From assembly GCF_030144855.1 (NCBI RefSeq), contig NC_082715.1:101866001-101930000 (forward strand): a DNA stretch of 64,000 nucleotides. Direction: 5' to 3'. Source of the stretch: Hypanus sabinus (Eukaryota). A program made the translations under genes and the position numbers. Positions 1 to 12,000 of this stretch are shown here, in pieces. A model generated the notes under the pieces. The model was not told where the DNA came from, made no database searches, and saw nothing but the letters and a program-made list of their open reading frames with translations. Each line of letters begins with the position of its first letter. Within the stretch, counting starts at the first letter, position 1.

Positions 1-1700
1 CTGAATACTTTGAACTTGAATTGTGAACAGAATTTGGGATGTTATATTTAAGTTGTATAAGACATGGGCGAGGCTTGAAAGAGTACAGAGAAAATTTACA
101 AGAATGAGATATAGGAACAGGCTGAATAGTTCCTACTTTATTCACTGGAGCACAAGAAAATGAGGGGAGAACATATACAAAATTTTGAGGTGTGTAGATA
201 GGGTGAATGTTCGCAGGCCTTTTCCCCTCAGGTTGGATAAGACTAGCACTAGTTCATAGTTTCAGGATGAAAGGTAAAACATTTATGGGAAGTTGAGGGG
301 AAAGTTCTTCACTAAGATCGTGGAGCGAATGTAGAATGAGCTGCCAGGGGAAGGCAGATGTTTGTTTGGATAGGTACATGGATGAGAGAAGCTGTGGTCC
401 TAATGTAGGTAGATGGGACTAGGCAGAAGACCAGGCTAGTATGGACTAGATGAGCTGAAGGGACTGTAATACTCTATGACTTGATGTATGTGTTAAGAAT
501 CCATTTCCCAGATTCCTACACACTTTAATTCAAGTTCCACCTGAGAAGTTTTATACAACATTTTACACAATAGGAACTAATTTTATTTGGACATGTCACC
601 ATTTCTATTGTGTTTTAAGTTATTTATTAATTTAATTTAATAAATTAGCTGTAATCAACTGAAAAGGAATAAATGAACATGATGCATTTGATACCATACA
701 CAGATCTCCAAAGTCTCCTAGATAATACAAGCTATTTGCCCATAACATTTACCATTATCACATTTATTCTAATGTAGGAATATTTACACAAGTAACTATA
801 GCTTGCATTAAATCAGTATCTATAATTATTGAAAGTTGAATCTAAAATTAAAACCTATGCAGAAACAGTAAAGTTTATCTTAAACAACATTTTTAATATA
901 TCCTTTCACTGCTGCATTAATAAGTTACTTTAGAAATGCAAAGAAACAGCCAGTTAGTGGAAATATCATTACCTAGGTTTGAATTTTGGATAGGCAATTG
1001 GTACGGTTCAAGAGGGAATTATGAAAATAGGAGGAAAGGTACGTTGTGATTCTGAAACAGGATACAGATTGAGTGACAGGGTGAGAACCTAGTAAACAAG
1101 AGTTTAACATGAGAAAGCACGAGGTAATGCACTTTGGTAAAAGGAAGCAAAAGGTGGATTATCATCAAGAAGGAGAAAGAATACGGATGACTGATGTTCA
1201 GAAGGAATTCATTATTCTAACTCTAACGATAAAAAAAGTCATCAGGTCAAGAAGCCAAACAATATGTTTACCTTTATAAAGAAGTATTTGGAATTTAAGA
1301 ACAAGGTGGTTTTGTTACTGCTGTACAATGAAAGCAAGGTCACTGTCCAAAGGATTTCACCATCACTGAGATGACAGGATTGTCCTATCAAAAAAGGCTA
1401 GACAGTTTGTTTGGCACTGTATTCTTTGGAGTTTATAAAAAATGAAGGATCTTACTCAAACATACAGAATCACAGGAGGTCTCAACAGTCTAGATGTTGG
1501 TATATTTTCACAAATAAGAGAGTCAAGAACAAGGGGAGATAACTACAGTGAAGTGTTAATTCATTAAACTCCAGATGCGTGGACATTTCCTCTCTCACAG
1601 AAGGGTGAATCTCTGGAGCTCTCTGTCTCCTGTGGGTGTTGGAGACCAGATCATTGGCAAGACTCATGGTGGAGATGGCTAAATATTTTAAAGATTGACT
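1..1700 (+). mobile_element. Two decayed CR1 3' fragments (~30-480 and ~960-1700)
   Basis: Similar to the 3' ends of the other CR1 copies in the window (e.g. 21240-21790). Confidence 0.7.
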
Positions 1701-1842
1701 AATAGTCGGGGCAAGCTCGAAGGACCTGGAAGCTCCTCTTCTTGTGCTCTTGGAAGAAAGATAATAAGATTGTTTAAACTGTAACACATGCAACATTTGT
1801 GGGAGGACCTCATGTCTTGCATCTCCTGACCAGTTTTCCAAG

Positions 1843-2353
1843 CCTCCGTTGGTCAGGGTCAACGATGGATGTTGCGAGCTAGCTGTCTAGATTTGCCAGC
1901 CTGGGAGGTACAATGTGGAGAGCAAGCTGTTGCCTCTTTCCTCGCAGCTGATGAACCCAAAGGAACGGCAGAGACCAATACAGCTTTCACCAGCAACGTC
2001 GCAGGAGATGCCAGTCAGCGTTAAACTCAACCTAAGACTGCCTTAAGGATTTCCCCCCTCGGGGTTTACTCCCCGGAGGTTTAAGATCAGAGTTTTCCTT
2101 CTCCTCAATGAGCTGCCAACCACGACTGACGAATCCCATCTGCCCGAAGCGACTGTAACCCGCCACTGCCCCGTCTCCTGTCGGTAGAAATGGTCCCGCC
2201 TGACTTAGTTGCTGAACCACACATACGTGAAGGCCAGGAACTGGACTTGGTTGTCAGAGGCTATTTGAGTTTCTTAGGGTTGTTATAGTCGGGGATAAGC
2301 TCCCCCTATGTATTAAATGTTCCAAATAGCATGCGCCTCAAATAACCTCAGAC
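1843..2353 (-). mobile_element. Short non-autonomous RTE-derived element (5' UTR joined to 3' end) with an inverted terminal segment
   Basis: Shares its 3' end (gatgttgcga.ctagc.gtcta) and 5' UTR block (aaaggaacggcagagacc..gcaggag.tgcc.gtcag) with the RTE at 57720-59815. Confidence 0.7.
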
Positions 2354-2499
2354 CAATTATAAAGACGTACAAATAGGTGATTACAGTATTCTGATCCAGA
2401 ATTTTACCATGCAATTCACTAGCCCGTGAACAGTTTACTCCAGTGCAATGAGATCAAGCGACCCGTATCCTTGCAAACATTTGACACCCCTCCCTCACT

Positions 2500-3170
2500 G
2501 ATTGACCTCATCGACGTTTAACTGAATGAAACCAGTGCTCAATGACAGCGCTAAGGTAGAGACAGAGCCCGTGTGCGGAAATGGACCCGATGCCTTCCTT
2601 GAACGGAATTTCCCTGAGCCGGCCTGGGGAAGGAGTGACCGTACTTCGCTCGGTGCCAATCGGAACCTGACCGGCTTTTTACACTGAGCTACCTCAATGG
2701 CAAGAGTAAAGGAGGACAGAACCCCAGAGGCTGAGTAGTCTCTGCCCGGAATCTACTCTTTTGGGAAACGGGAACAGTGCAGTCAATGTTTTTTTTTTAA
2801 AAACGATGTCACTTACCCGGGTTCCTCAGGTTGTACTGACCCTCCATGTTGATGCTGCTGACGTCGCACCTCGCCCGCGAGCTCTCGCGAGATGCGCGGC
2901 CACACAGCCTAACCCCGCCCTCGGCCCGGCGCGACCAATCCGGTGCCTTCTAGTGGAGCCAAGCCACGGCGACTCCTCACCCCACCTGACCCATCCAAAT
3001 GGAGCTGGCGGGCACCACAACAACCGAGCTGACGCTGTCTTCTAAAGACACCGCCCCGGGAGGTGGGGTGCTTGGCCAACTCGGACGTGGCTGACGAGGC
3101 CGCACCCCCTTCCTGCCGCTCTCCGGGCTGTCAGCAGGTCCCGGAGTGGTACGGCTTGGCTACGTCATCC
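2500..3170 (-). promoter_or_regulatory. CpG-island promoter / 5' UTR of UBE2J1
   Basis: Locally GC- and CpG-rich. GC boxes (ccccgccc ~2913), CCAAT at 2935-2939, ACGT-core CRE/UPRE-like sites near 2859, 3083 and 3161. Confidence 0.75.
2817..2847 (-). CDS. UBE2J1: UBE2J1 coding exon 1 (MEGQYNLRNP + phase-1 G); gene continues beyond the left edge of the window
   Basis: Minus strand reads ATGGAGGGTCAGTACAACCTGAGGAACCCGG|gtaagt: 31 nt with a perfect donor. The peptide resembles the UBE2J1 N-terminus (METRYNLKSP). It lies in a CpG island directly downstream of RRAGD, as in known vertebrate synteny. Confidence 0.88.
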
Positions 3171-3396
3171 TCTGGCATCTTGTCAACCCAGTAACAGACT
3201 ACAGTGCTGTCAGTTACGATGAGTGACTGCTAATATATTTTGATGCCCCTTTTCAAAAAGATACACAGCATACCTGCTGAGTTCCTCCAGCATTCTGTGT
3301 GTGTTGCTTGGCATCCCAGCATCTATTACTTTGAAAAACACAAAATGCTGGCAGAACTCAGCAGGCCAGACAGCATCTATGAGAGGAGATAATAAC

Positions 3397-3424
3397 GACG
3401 TTTCGGGCCGAAACCCTTCATCAG
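3397..3424 (-). ncRNA. Minimal hammerhead ribozyme core (Penelope-derived); catalytic boxes intact, helix I arms mismatched
   Basis: Minus strand reads CUGAUGA-A-GGGU UUCG GCCC-GAAA-CGUC. Confidence 0.6.
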
Positions 3425-5276
3425 GAGGGTTGAAAACATTTTGTGTTTTTTTTATTTTTTCCAGCATCTGCAGATTCAATCGTGTTATCTATTACTCTAC
3501 TTCGTTTACCCACACAAGATTTTCAGATGACGAGAAACCGACGATTACTGTTACCAAAATTTGCCTAAAAGACGTTGCCTAAAAAACATCCAACCCAAAA
3601 GATCGTTGGTCTCTTTAGAGCTAATTTTAGGATTAAACTGGCAAGGAACAACATGCGTAATAAGCTTATGAATATATTTTTAAAACATTTTATCGGGTTT
3701 TACTCCAGCATAAAGGCTTAACCTAACGTGTTTAACATAAGGATAATATTGTGTTTATCATATTTTGTGAGCCTTCTTATCAGGAGAAATTTGTTTTCCT
3801 TTAACCAGGGGGAGGTAAAATAAACAAAAAAAGAATCCAATGTGATTTTGTTTATTTAGTATTTCGTGTACTTGCCTTGCAATTATGACTTCAATCAAAC
3901 TTTACAATTTCACATTGAAGGAGGTTGATGTCTTTAACCTAATTAACGATCTGGTACATGGAATTTGTATGAGTTCCATGGCTGTATATTTTAAAAAATT
4001 TCAACATATGTTTCTCAGAATAGTATTGATAAATTGAAACCATTAGAATTTTAACATACTCTATCATGCCATTTTATCTACATTTATTTTTCAAACAATA
4101 TAGAACAGTATTTCCTTACTAATATTCTCAATGTTAGCCTTTGTGAAATATAGTACTGCAATTTCAAATAATTTGCCCAATCTATCGGCAGCAATGTAGT
4201 CAGGAAAATAAATATCACCATTTTAATTTAATCAAATGTCTCTGTTCTACTTACAGTTCAAAGACTAGCATGTTTAAAATCAGCAAATGTCTGTGGAGAA
4301 TGGGAAGTTGAAATGAGAGGAAAAATGCAAAGTGCAAGAATGTGAGAGAAATCAGGAATACAAATGAAATTCAGCAAGGTGCTCAAGTACCTGCTCTGCC
4401 GTTCAACAACAACTTGGCTGGTTTATGATCTTATTTCATACATCCAACTTTGTTTTTTATTCCCTTAATGGCTTTGATTAAAGTAAATCTCACAGTATCA
4501 GATTTAAAATGAATACTTAGTGTTTTGTCAGAGAGAAGTCCAAACTTCCATATAAATGACAAAATGAAGCAAGAGAGAGAAGCTTTCTCAGTACTCTGCA
4601 AAGTAGGATTTCAGGAGAGAAACATTAGGCCATGTTAGAATGTAAGCCACTGAAGGGAGAGAGGAAGCAAACATGAAAGCCTGAAAAGTGAGACTAAAAC
4701 ACAACAGGAAATCTTATCTACAAGAGCCATGTGTGTGAAGCAGAGGCCAACACTGATGAAGAAAGCAAGAAAACTTTGAAAAAAAGTAAAAGGGGAGAGA
4801 ATGGAAATGTTGGAGGAAGAAAAGTGTTGAGAAGGAGACATCAGATGAAGGGAAATAAAGAACAAAGCATCAAAAACACAAAATATTTTCACATTTTTCC
4901 ACCAACAAAATTCAGAGGAAAGAGCAAGATAGGCTGAGAATCTTGAAGACGATTAAGTCAATTTAAATTGTTTAACTTCTCTGGCAAGTGTGAAGCTACA
5001 CATGAACAAGCATTTAGAAAAGGAATATGGAAGAGAAATGTGATTCCAATTATTCTATGTATAGGAGATACATATTGGCAGGCCACTTTCCTTATTGTTT
5101 TATGAGTTGATGCATTAATACAAAATACCATGCAAAATACTTTTCTTCTGTCCAACAAACAATACTACTCTGTTATGTGTACATATAGTAATATTGATTG
5201 AGATGTTGTGTCTTCTATGATGGCATCCTATAATGGTTGACGACAGAGTTAAACTTTGGGAGGTTCATAAAAATAT

Positions 5277-5282
5277 TTTATT
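5277..5282 (-). terminator. Candidate RRAGD polyadenylation signal AATAAA (3' UTR about 460 nt)
   Basis: First minus-strand AATAAA I noticed after the stop codon, following an AU-rich UTR. Further candidates lie near 4457, 4083 and 3852. Confidence 0.5.
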
Positions 5283-5739
5283 GCTAGAGTTTTGTAAACC
5301 TGATGTACCATAGAGTTACTTAGGGAAAGAAACAGAAAAGATGAGAAGGAAATGAAGAACTGACAATCTAAGAGAAGACTTAAGAGTAATATGTCATTTT
5401 ATGTGAAATTATCATCCCGTCGGTTAACAAAGAAAGCTATAATATATTTAATTATATTAAATTATTTTTCCAATAAGCTGCTACAATTTCAGCAGCTCAG
5501 CATAAAATAGCCATTCCATTTGTTTGCTATTAGAAATGTATTTGTAATATATATGGTTAAATATGATAAATACTGATTTTAGCATGTGCTAAAGAAAAAT
5601 ATACCTTTTACAAAGTGCTTGCATTTTCTATTGGAGTTAATGTCCTGAGCATCATTTTCATTCATGTCAGTGCATTGGCATCACAGTTTAGCTACTTAGC
5701 TACTGAACGTGCTACTAGAAACAGTGTAGATGGCAAACA

Positions 5740-5891
5740 TTATGACAAATGCCTGGGTGTGCCACTGGGAGTTACCAGTTTGTTTCTCTGCAGCCCTCTA
5801 TGCTGCTTGCGGCACCTCAGCATGGTCGTGCGTACCTCAAAAATCTCATGAATAGCTTTGCGGAAACAATGAAAATTGTAGTCAATCAAAC
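5740..5891 (-). CDS. RRAGD: RRAGD exon 7, terminal coding part ([18 protein letters not shown]...[10 protein letters not shown])
   Basis: ctgcag| acceptor, stop TAA at 5742-5740. The seven exons sum to 1185 nt = 394 aa + stop. Confidence 0.96.
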
Positions 5892-6683
5892 CTGCAGTGT
5901 AAAAAAAAGAAAACAAAAGGTAATCTAGTAAATGCCAAAAAGGCATTATTCACAAACCTTCAAACTGTTTAACAGCAAGACTTTGCCAGCTGCACAATGG
6001 GTTCAGCAATGTTAACTCTGTTTTTCTCTCCATTAATGATGAATGATGGACCAAAGTATTTCCTACACCTGTTCTCAGTAAATTATTTCTGGCTCATTCG
6101 AACTGTGCCAAGTGATGTGATTTATTATTGGAATTCACCCACTGGCTTCAAAGATAAAGTTGATATTTAAAGATCTGCACAGCATAACTACAGAATCAGT
6201 GTGCAGAAAATCCCAAGACCTGGCAGCTCATTGCTCTTAAAAAATTTGGAGTCTGCTTTTCCCTCCAGAAAGTCTGCCTGAGCTGCTGAATATTAACAGC
6301 ATTTCATGTTGATATTCCTGACTTCCAGCATTCACAGTATTTTCCTTTAGTTATAGAGTCAGCATGGTTTAGGTTTAAACGATTACCTTAAACCAAGAAT
6401 TGCATGACCATGGTACTGCAGAAATGTTAATGCCCATGCTAAACGTGTCATTAAGAAAATACAGCCAAACTTGTATTTTTCCCAATTATAATGCAAAGCA
6501 AATCAAAGATTAAGTTGCACAGTAATATCCCATATTACAGGAACAGCAGTTAACAAATATGAAAACCTGTATATGTGCTGTTCATTGAAAGGGATTCTTT
6601 TATAGTAAGTTTTTGTAAGTATTTTATCATGTAAGCATTTATGATGATGAGTGATTATTGTGATGAAAATACACAATAATTAC

Positions 6684-6832
6684 CTTTGCGTTCAAAACTT
6701 TCTTCTCTAAGAAAACAAACTAGACCAAGAAATTTTGTTACTTCTTTGAGATACAAAACAGTCGTGTTGTTCAGCTTTATGATTGCCACAGATTCTTTGT
6801 CATACGTACTTCCTCCACCAAATTCTCGAAGA
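6684..6832 (-). CDS. RRAGD: RRAGD exon 6 ([14 protein letters not shown]...EESFERK)
   Basis: ttccag| acceptor, AAG|gtaatt donor, 149 nt. Confidence 0.96.
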
Positions 6833-7544
6833 CTGGAAAAGAAGAACATAAAGAATGATTTCCTAGGAAGGACTAGCAGATTCTGCTACCTTGCATAAAT
6901 GCTTTCTCCTTAATTGAATTCAGATTTCTGGTATCAACGAGCTTTTGCCTGATAAACTGCAAGGGAAGTGGATGTGGTCACAACACAATCAAGTTATAAA
7001 TAAACCTGTGAATCCTCAAGCCAATGTAGCTGAACTTCAAATTGTCATCAGTAGGACTTTTCACTGAAGGAAGAAGTCAGAAGAGGACTTCCAATCAAAG
7101 AATCACTCCAACACAGGGTAGGAATGGACAAAGTGAGTACATGAGAATAGGTTGAAAACAGAATCCAACAATCTTCCCTAGGCAAGTGAATAGAAAGCCA
7201 AAAGTAAGAGAGGGAATGGGAGAGTAAGTGATTCAGAAAGCAGGTACAAAGTGAGTCTACACAATGCAGGAAATAAAAAATGATTGCAAAGGCAAAATTC
7301 AAAATTTCAAATTTCAAATTAATAATTTTTGGGAGAAATAGCTCCTGTCCTTAATATTAACTAATCCTATTGGTGTGGGACTTTCAGATAACCTGTTGCT
7401 GTTTTAATAGTATCCAATTCAACCAAATCAATATTGCCCAAAAATCACCTCCAGTGAAATGTTCAATGCATTGGTCCAAATAACAATTGCTGCTCTCCAC
7501 TCAAAGAAGAAACAGGATTTACAAACAGACAGACATACTTTATT

Positions 7545-7774
7545 GATCCCAGGGGAAATTGGGTTTCGTTACCAACCAGGAATAGTGAAGAAACATAGCA
7601 ATATAAAACCATAAATAATAATAACTTAATCATGCCAAGTGGAATTAAGTCCAGGATCCCAGGGGAAATTGGGTTTCGTTACAGCTGCAACAACCAAGAA
7701 TAGCGAAGAAATATAGCAATATAAAACCATAAATAATAATAACTTAATCATGCCAAGTGGAATTAAGTCCAGGA
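7545..7774. repeat. Tandem duplication (~110-120 bp x2) in a LINE 3' end (~7523-7908, minus)
   Basis: gatcccaggggaaattgggtttcgtt...ggaattaagtccag occurs twice. Confidence 0.9.
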
Positions 7775-8173
7775 CCAGCCTATTGGCTCAGGGTGTCTGA
7801 CACTCCGACGGAGGAGTTGTAAAGTTTGATGGCCACAGGCAGGAATGACTTCCTATCACGCTCAGTGTTAAATCTCGGTGGAATGAGTCTCTGGCTGAAT
7901 GTACTCCTTACTTATGCTGAAGATGCTATGTTAGCATCATTGAAATGACCACATGTATTTCTGCTGTGGTGATGGGCAGAGTGTAATATAGTCGTCCCAA
8001 AACAAATGCAAAGTAAACCGACCCTAGGTGGGACCCCACTATGCCCCTCTCAAAATTTTGTGCATCCAAAAAATGTCAGAATAAATTCTGCAAACAAAAA
8101 GAGGCTCTCAATTAATCAGATGAGTACGAGTTGAAATAGGAATCAGAAATCTGACTAAAACAATTGTTAGCAG

Positions 8174-8461
8174 AAGCATTGCGGTTAAAGGGTTGTTTCT
8201 ATGCTATATGTTATATGTAATAGCTCTTTGAGCCTTATCCTCAAAGACTTCACTATGAATATTTATTGCTGCTTAAGATGGTCCTTAAGCACACCTGCCA
8301 CCTCAGAAAACTTAAAAAGAACTTTTAAGAAAGCATTGAGGTTAAAGGGCTGTTCCTATGCTATATGTTATATGTAGTAGCTCCTTAAACCTTATCCTCA
8401 AAGGGCTCACTATGAATATTTATTGATGGTCCTTAAGCACACCTGCCATCTCAGAAAACTT
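8174..8461. repeat. Tandem duplication (~140 bp x2) in RRAGD intron 5
   Basis: aagcattg.ggttaaaggg...cacacctgcca..tcagaaaactt occurs at 8174-8313 and 8332-8461. Confidence 0.9.
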
Positions 8462-9216
8462 TAAGTACAAGCTCACACGGGTGTCTGTACTGCTTTCAAA
8501 TTCAGAGTCATCTTATTTTTAGAAATCTAGCCTGAAGATCCTTTCAGGCTATCTTTCTTGATTTATATAACATACAAAACTACAGAGCTTACTGCTAAAT
8601 TATAATTTTTTTTTAAAAAATTACTTATCAAGGTAAAGAACTTTAACTTTTTGCATAATGCAACTTTAGCATCAATTTTTCAGATGCATTGCAAAGCTCC
8701 CAAAATCCCATGGTTTCAGTTAGGGTATTCAAGTCCTTATAAGTTTTTCTTGCCATAATAATTCTCCTTCCTGGATCTACTGTTCCTGAGAAGTCTCTCC
8801 AATGGGATGCCTCTCCAAACCCTACCCATTAACCTTTACTTGTCCACACTCCCAGTAGCTGGAAGGATGGAGTGTCCTGCTGTTAGAGCTTTGGAATATA
8901 TGCTAGTTATGCCAATATTATTTCTGATTTCCATTATCTGCAGGTGTTTTGCTCTTTAATAAGCACATTCAGCTTGAATATACAGTGCCAATAAAGTTGG
9001 CTTATATCCAGCAAATAAACCAATAAACAATTTTCACAGCCAAAATGTTATTGCTTTGATTTTTTAAATCTTTTAGATGTATTATTCTATAAAATACCCA
9101 AATTGCACACAGTTAGCATCCAGGTATTGTTTGGCTTGTTGAACATATCTCAGAGATTGGGAAACAATGTACACCTTTTTTTACATTCTTTTTACAACGT
9201 CCAGCCGTGTACTAAC

Positions 9217-9359
9217 CCATATATGCAGGAAATATCAATAACAACATCTATCATGTCGCAGCAGAGTTCATAAGTTTGCATGTCTACTGGCATACTGTCT
9301 GTTGCAATGTAGATTTTGCTGACTACATCAAAGAGAAAGGCCTTTTCAATTCCTGAATT
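9217..9359 (-). CDS. RRAGD: RRAGD exon 5 ([22 protein letters not shown]...DISCIYG)
   Basis: ttgcag| acceptor, TGG|gttagt donor, 143 nt; roadblock domain. Confidence 0.96.
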
Positions 9360-11224
9360 CTGCAAAATACAAAACACAATCAAATGGAAAAAAAACATAT
9401 ACTATTAGACAATTATGTAATGGTGGTATTTTATAAATGGTGCACAGCCAAATAATTTTGAAACCAAAAATGTGGATAATCAGTGCACTTAAAGAGTGCA
9501 CATAAAATTGAAAATTATTCAAGCAAGTTAATAATACAGGTTGGGTCCTTAATCAGTTAATTACTTTCACTGTCATTATAGAAGTATCCCACATAGTTAA
9601 AATATTAGATTACTATCCTGGAGACCTACACTATTGGTCTAAATGCCACTATGCCACCTCATGAACTTTAAACTGTTGTGCCGACCATGTAACTTACTCT
9701 AGAAACTCAAGAATTACCCTACTGCATAGCCCTCTATTTTTCTAAGCTCCACGTACCTATCTAAGAGTCTCTTAAAAGACCCTATTGTATCCGCCCCCAC
9801 CACCATCACCAGCAGTACATTTCACGCACCCACCACTTTCAAACTTTAAATTAGGCTGACATAAAAAGGTAAAATAAAAATTTAATAACAGTTCATTTCT
9901 TTTGTTAAAACATACAGGTTTTGCATTTCCTTCTGGCAAAGAGTGCCTCCCATTCTTACACAGTCTGGGCTATATATGAAGATCCATTGTAAGATGATTG
10001 ACTATTAACTTCCCTATGAAATGCCCTGGCAAACTACTTAGCTCTAGGACAATTATGAGTGGTATTAAAGGCTGAACTTAAGAACCATGCTTAGGTCACA
10101 AAAATGAATTTAAAAAAACAGAAATTCCAAGTGTTCCTTTGATGTAAGGGCTAACCATAACTTTCATTGTGTCAAAAATAAAACATAAAGATGTTGACAT
10201 AATTTAGTGATAACGAAATAAGTCAGAGGGCACTTTTCAATTTACAGAAGGTTGGTATGAAGCCAAATCCTTTATATTAAATTGACAATATTTATATTGT
10301 CAGAGTGGCCATAACCTCCTTACTGATGCTGATTACTTTAACAGTATTTTCTGCCCCCCCCCCCAGAGTTTGAGCACTTGTGCTTTTTCTGTTTGTTCCT
10401 GTGAAGCTACCCTTTAACATTTTTGACTGAGCGTAACCCCGTATAGGATGGAATTCTTTTTCTACAATTATGATAATTTTGCAGAAGTTCAGTAGGTAGA
10501 TATAATTCTGCCAATGAAAGCGATTTTATCTATTTTGTAATCAGCAAGAATCGATACAAGTTGATAACCTGATCTTGGGAAACAAGCACATAATCAAGAC
10601 AGTGTGACGTGGCTTGCCAAATTCCTTAGAAAGCAAAAAATAACTTGATGCTGAGCTCTGAAGCAAAGTCATTGACTTAAAGCATTTATTTCTCTAGCTA
10701 CTGGTACTACAAGAAATGCTGGATTTTTCGAGCATTTTTTATTTTTATTCTATTTATTGTTTTACATAGGCAAGCTTGAATGAAGCATCAGATTCGACAA
10801 AAGGCAACCACTACCTTCAAATTATGGGTAAAAAAGGGAGACTATTAGGGACTAATAGGGAAAAGTTCCTGGCATTTCATTATCGTTTCTGCATACATAT
10901 TATGTTCTAAAAATTAATCCATGATTATGTGAGCACACAGTGTAATCTTCCTGCATTTAGGGCTATTATTCACTATCCTGAATTACCCTCTGACTATAAA
11001 TAGTTTGCTGATTCATTTTAAAGGGACAATTAAGAATTAACAATGTTTCTAATATCACAAAAAACCTTAGTGAATGAAATGATTGTATTAACAAGCTAAT
11101 AGTTTCATGGTTTCATTTCTGTTATTAGCTTTTTACTTTAAACAAATTTAAATTTCCCAACTGCTGTGATAGGATTTGAATTTCGGAAGACCTGTCCTAT
11201 GCCCAGCACATGGCAGTTCCAAAA

Positions 11225-12000
11225 AAAATCAACAGCAGTGCTTCTAGTTGTTTGGCATGGCATCTGAATCTTTAGCAAACTTCTATAGATGTGTACTGGA
11301 GAGTATCACACCGTGTTAGGGAAACATCAATGCCCTTGAATGGGAAATCCTACAAAAAGTAGTGGATACAGCCCAGCCCATCATGCGTAAAGCCCACCTC
11401 ACTATTGAGCACATCTACATGAAACCCTGTCATAGGAAAGCAGCATCCATCATCAGTTTTCCCCACCACCCAGGACACTCTTTCTTCTTGCTGCTGCCAT
11501 CAGGAAGAAGACACAGAAGCCTCAGGATTCACACCACCATGTTTAGAAACAGTTACTACCCCTCAACCATCAGGTTCAACTCTCGAAACAAAGGGGATTG
11601 ATTCTATAATAGATATTCTTTTTTTTATTGATTTAAGATACAGCATGAAGTAGGCCCTTTCAGCCCTTTGAGCTATTTATCCCCCCCGCAATCCCCAATT
11701 TAATCCTAGCCTAATCATGGGACAATGTACAATAACCAATTAACCTACCAACTGGTATATCTTTGGATTGGGGGAGGAAACCGGAGTAGGCGGAGGAAAC
11801 CCATGCAATCACGGGGAGAACATACAAACTCCTCATAGGCAATTGAACCCAGGTCACCTGTACAGTAAAGCATTGCGCTAACCACTGTGCTACCGTGACA
11901 CCCTAATCCTATTGTGGATTTATTGAGTATGCCTGCAAAAAATGAATCTCAGAGTTGTATATGGTGACACAGATGAAATTGCATAATAAATTTACTTTGA
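11225..12000 (+). mobile_element. Rex1-like 3' fragment containing an antisense V-SINE (~11620-11903)
   Basis: HPGHSFFLLLPSGRRHRSLR..FRNSYYPSTIR; SINE tRNA-like head ends at ~11903. Confidence 0.8.

Noticed and set aside
1945-1985. CTGATGA in the RTE-derived element as a hammerhead (also at 57661)
   Set aside because: No downstream GAAA box or helix II pairing.
4640-4937. Purine-rich ORFs downstream of RRAGD
   Set aside because: Low-complexity sequence with no recognisable domain or splice support.
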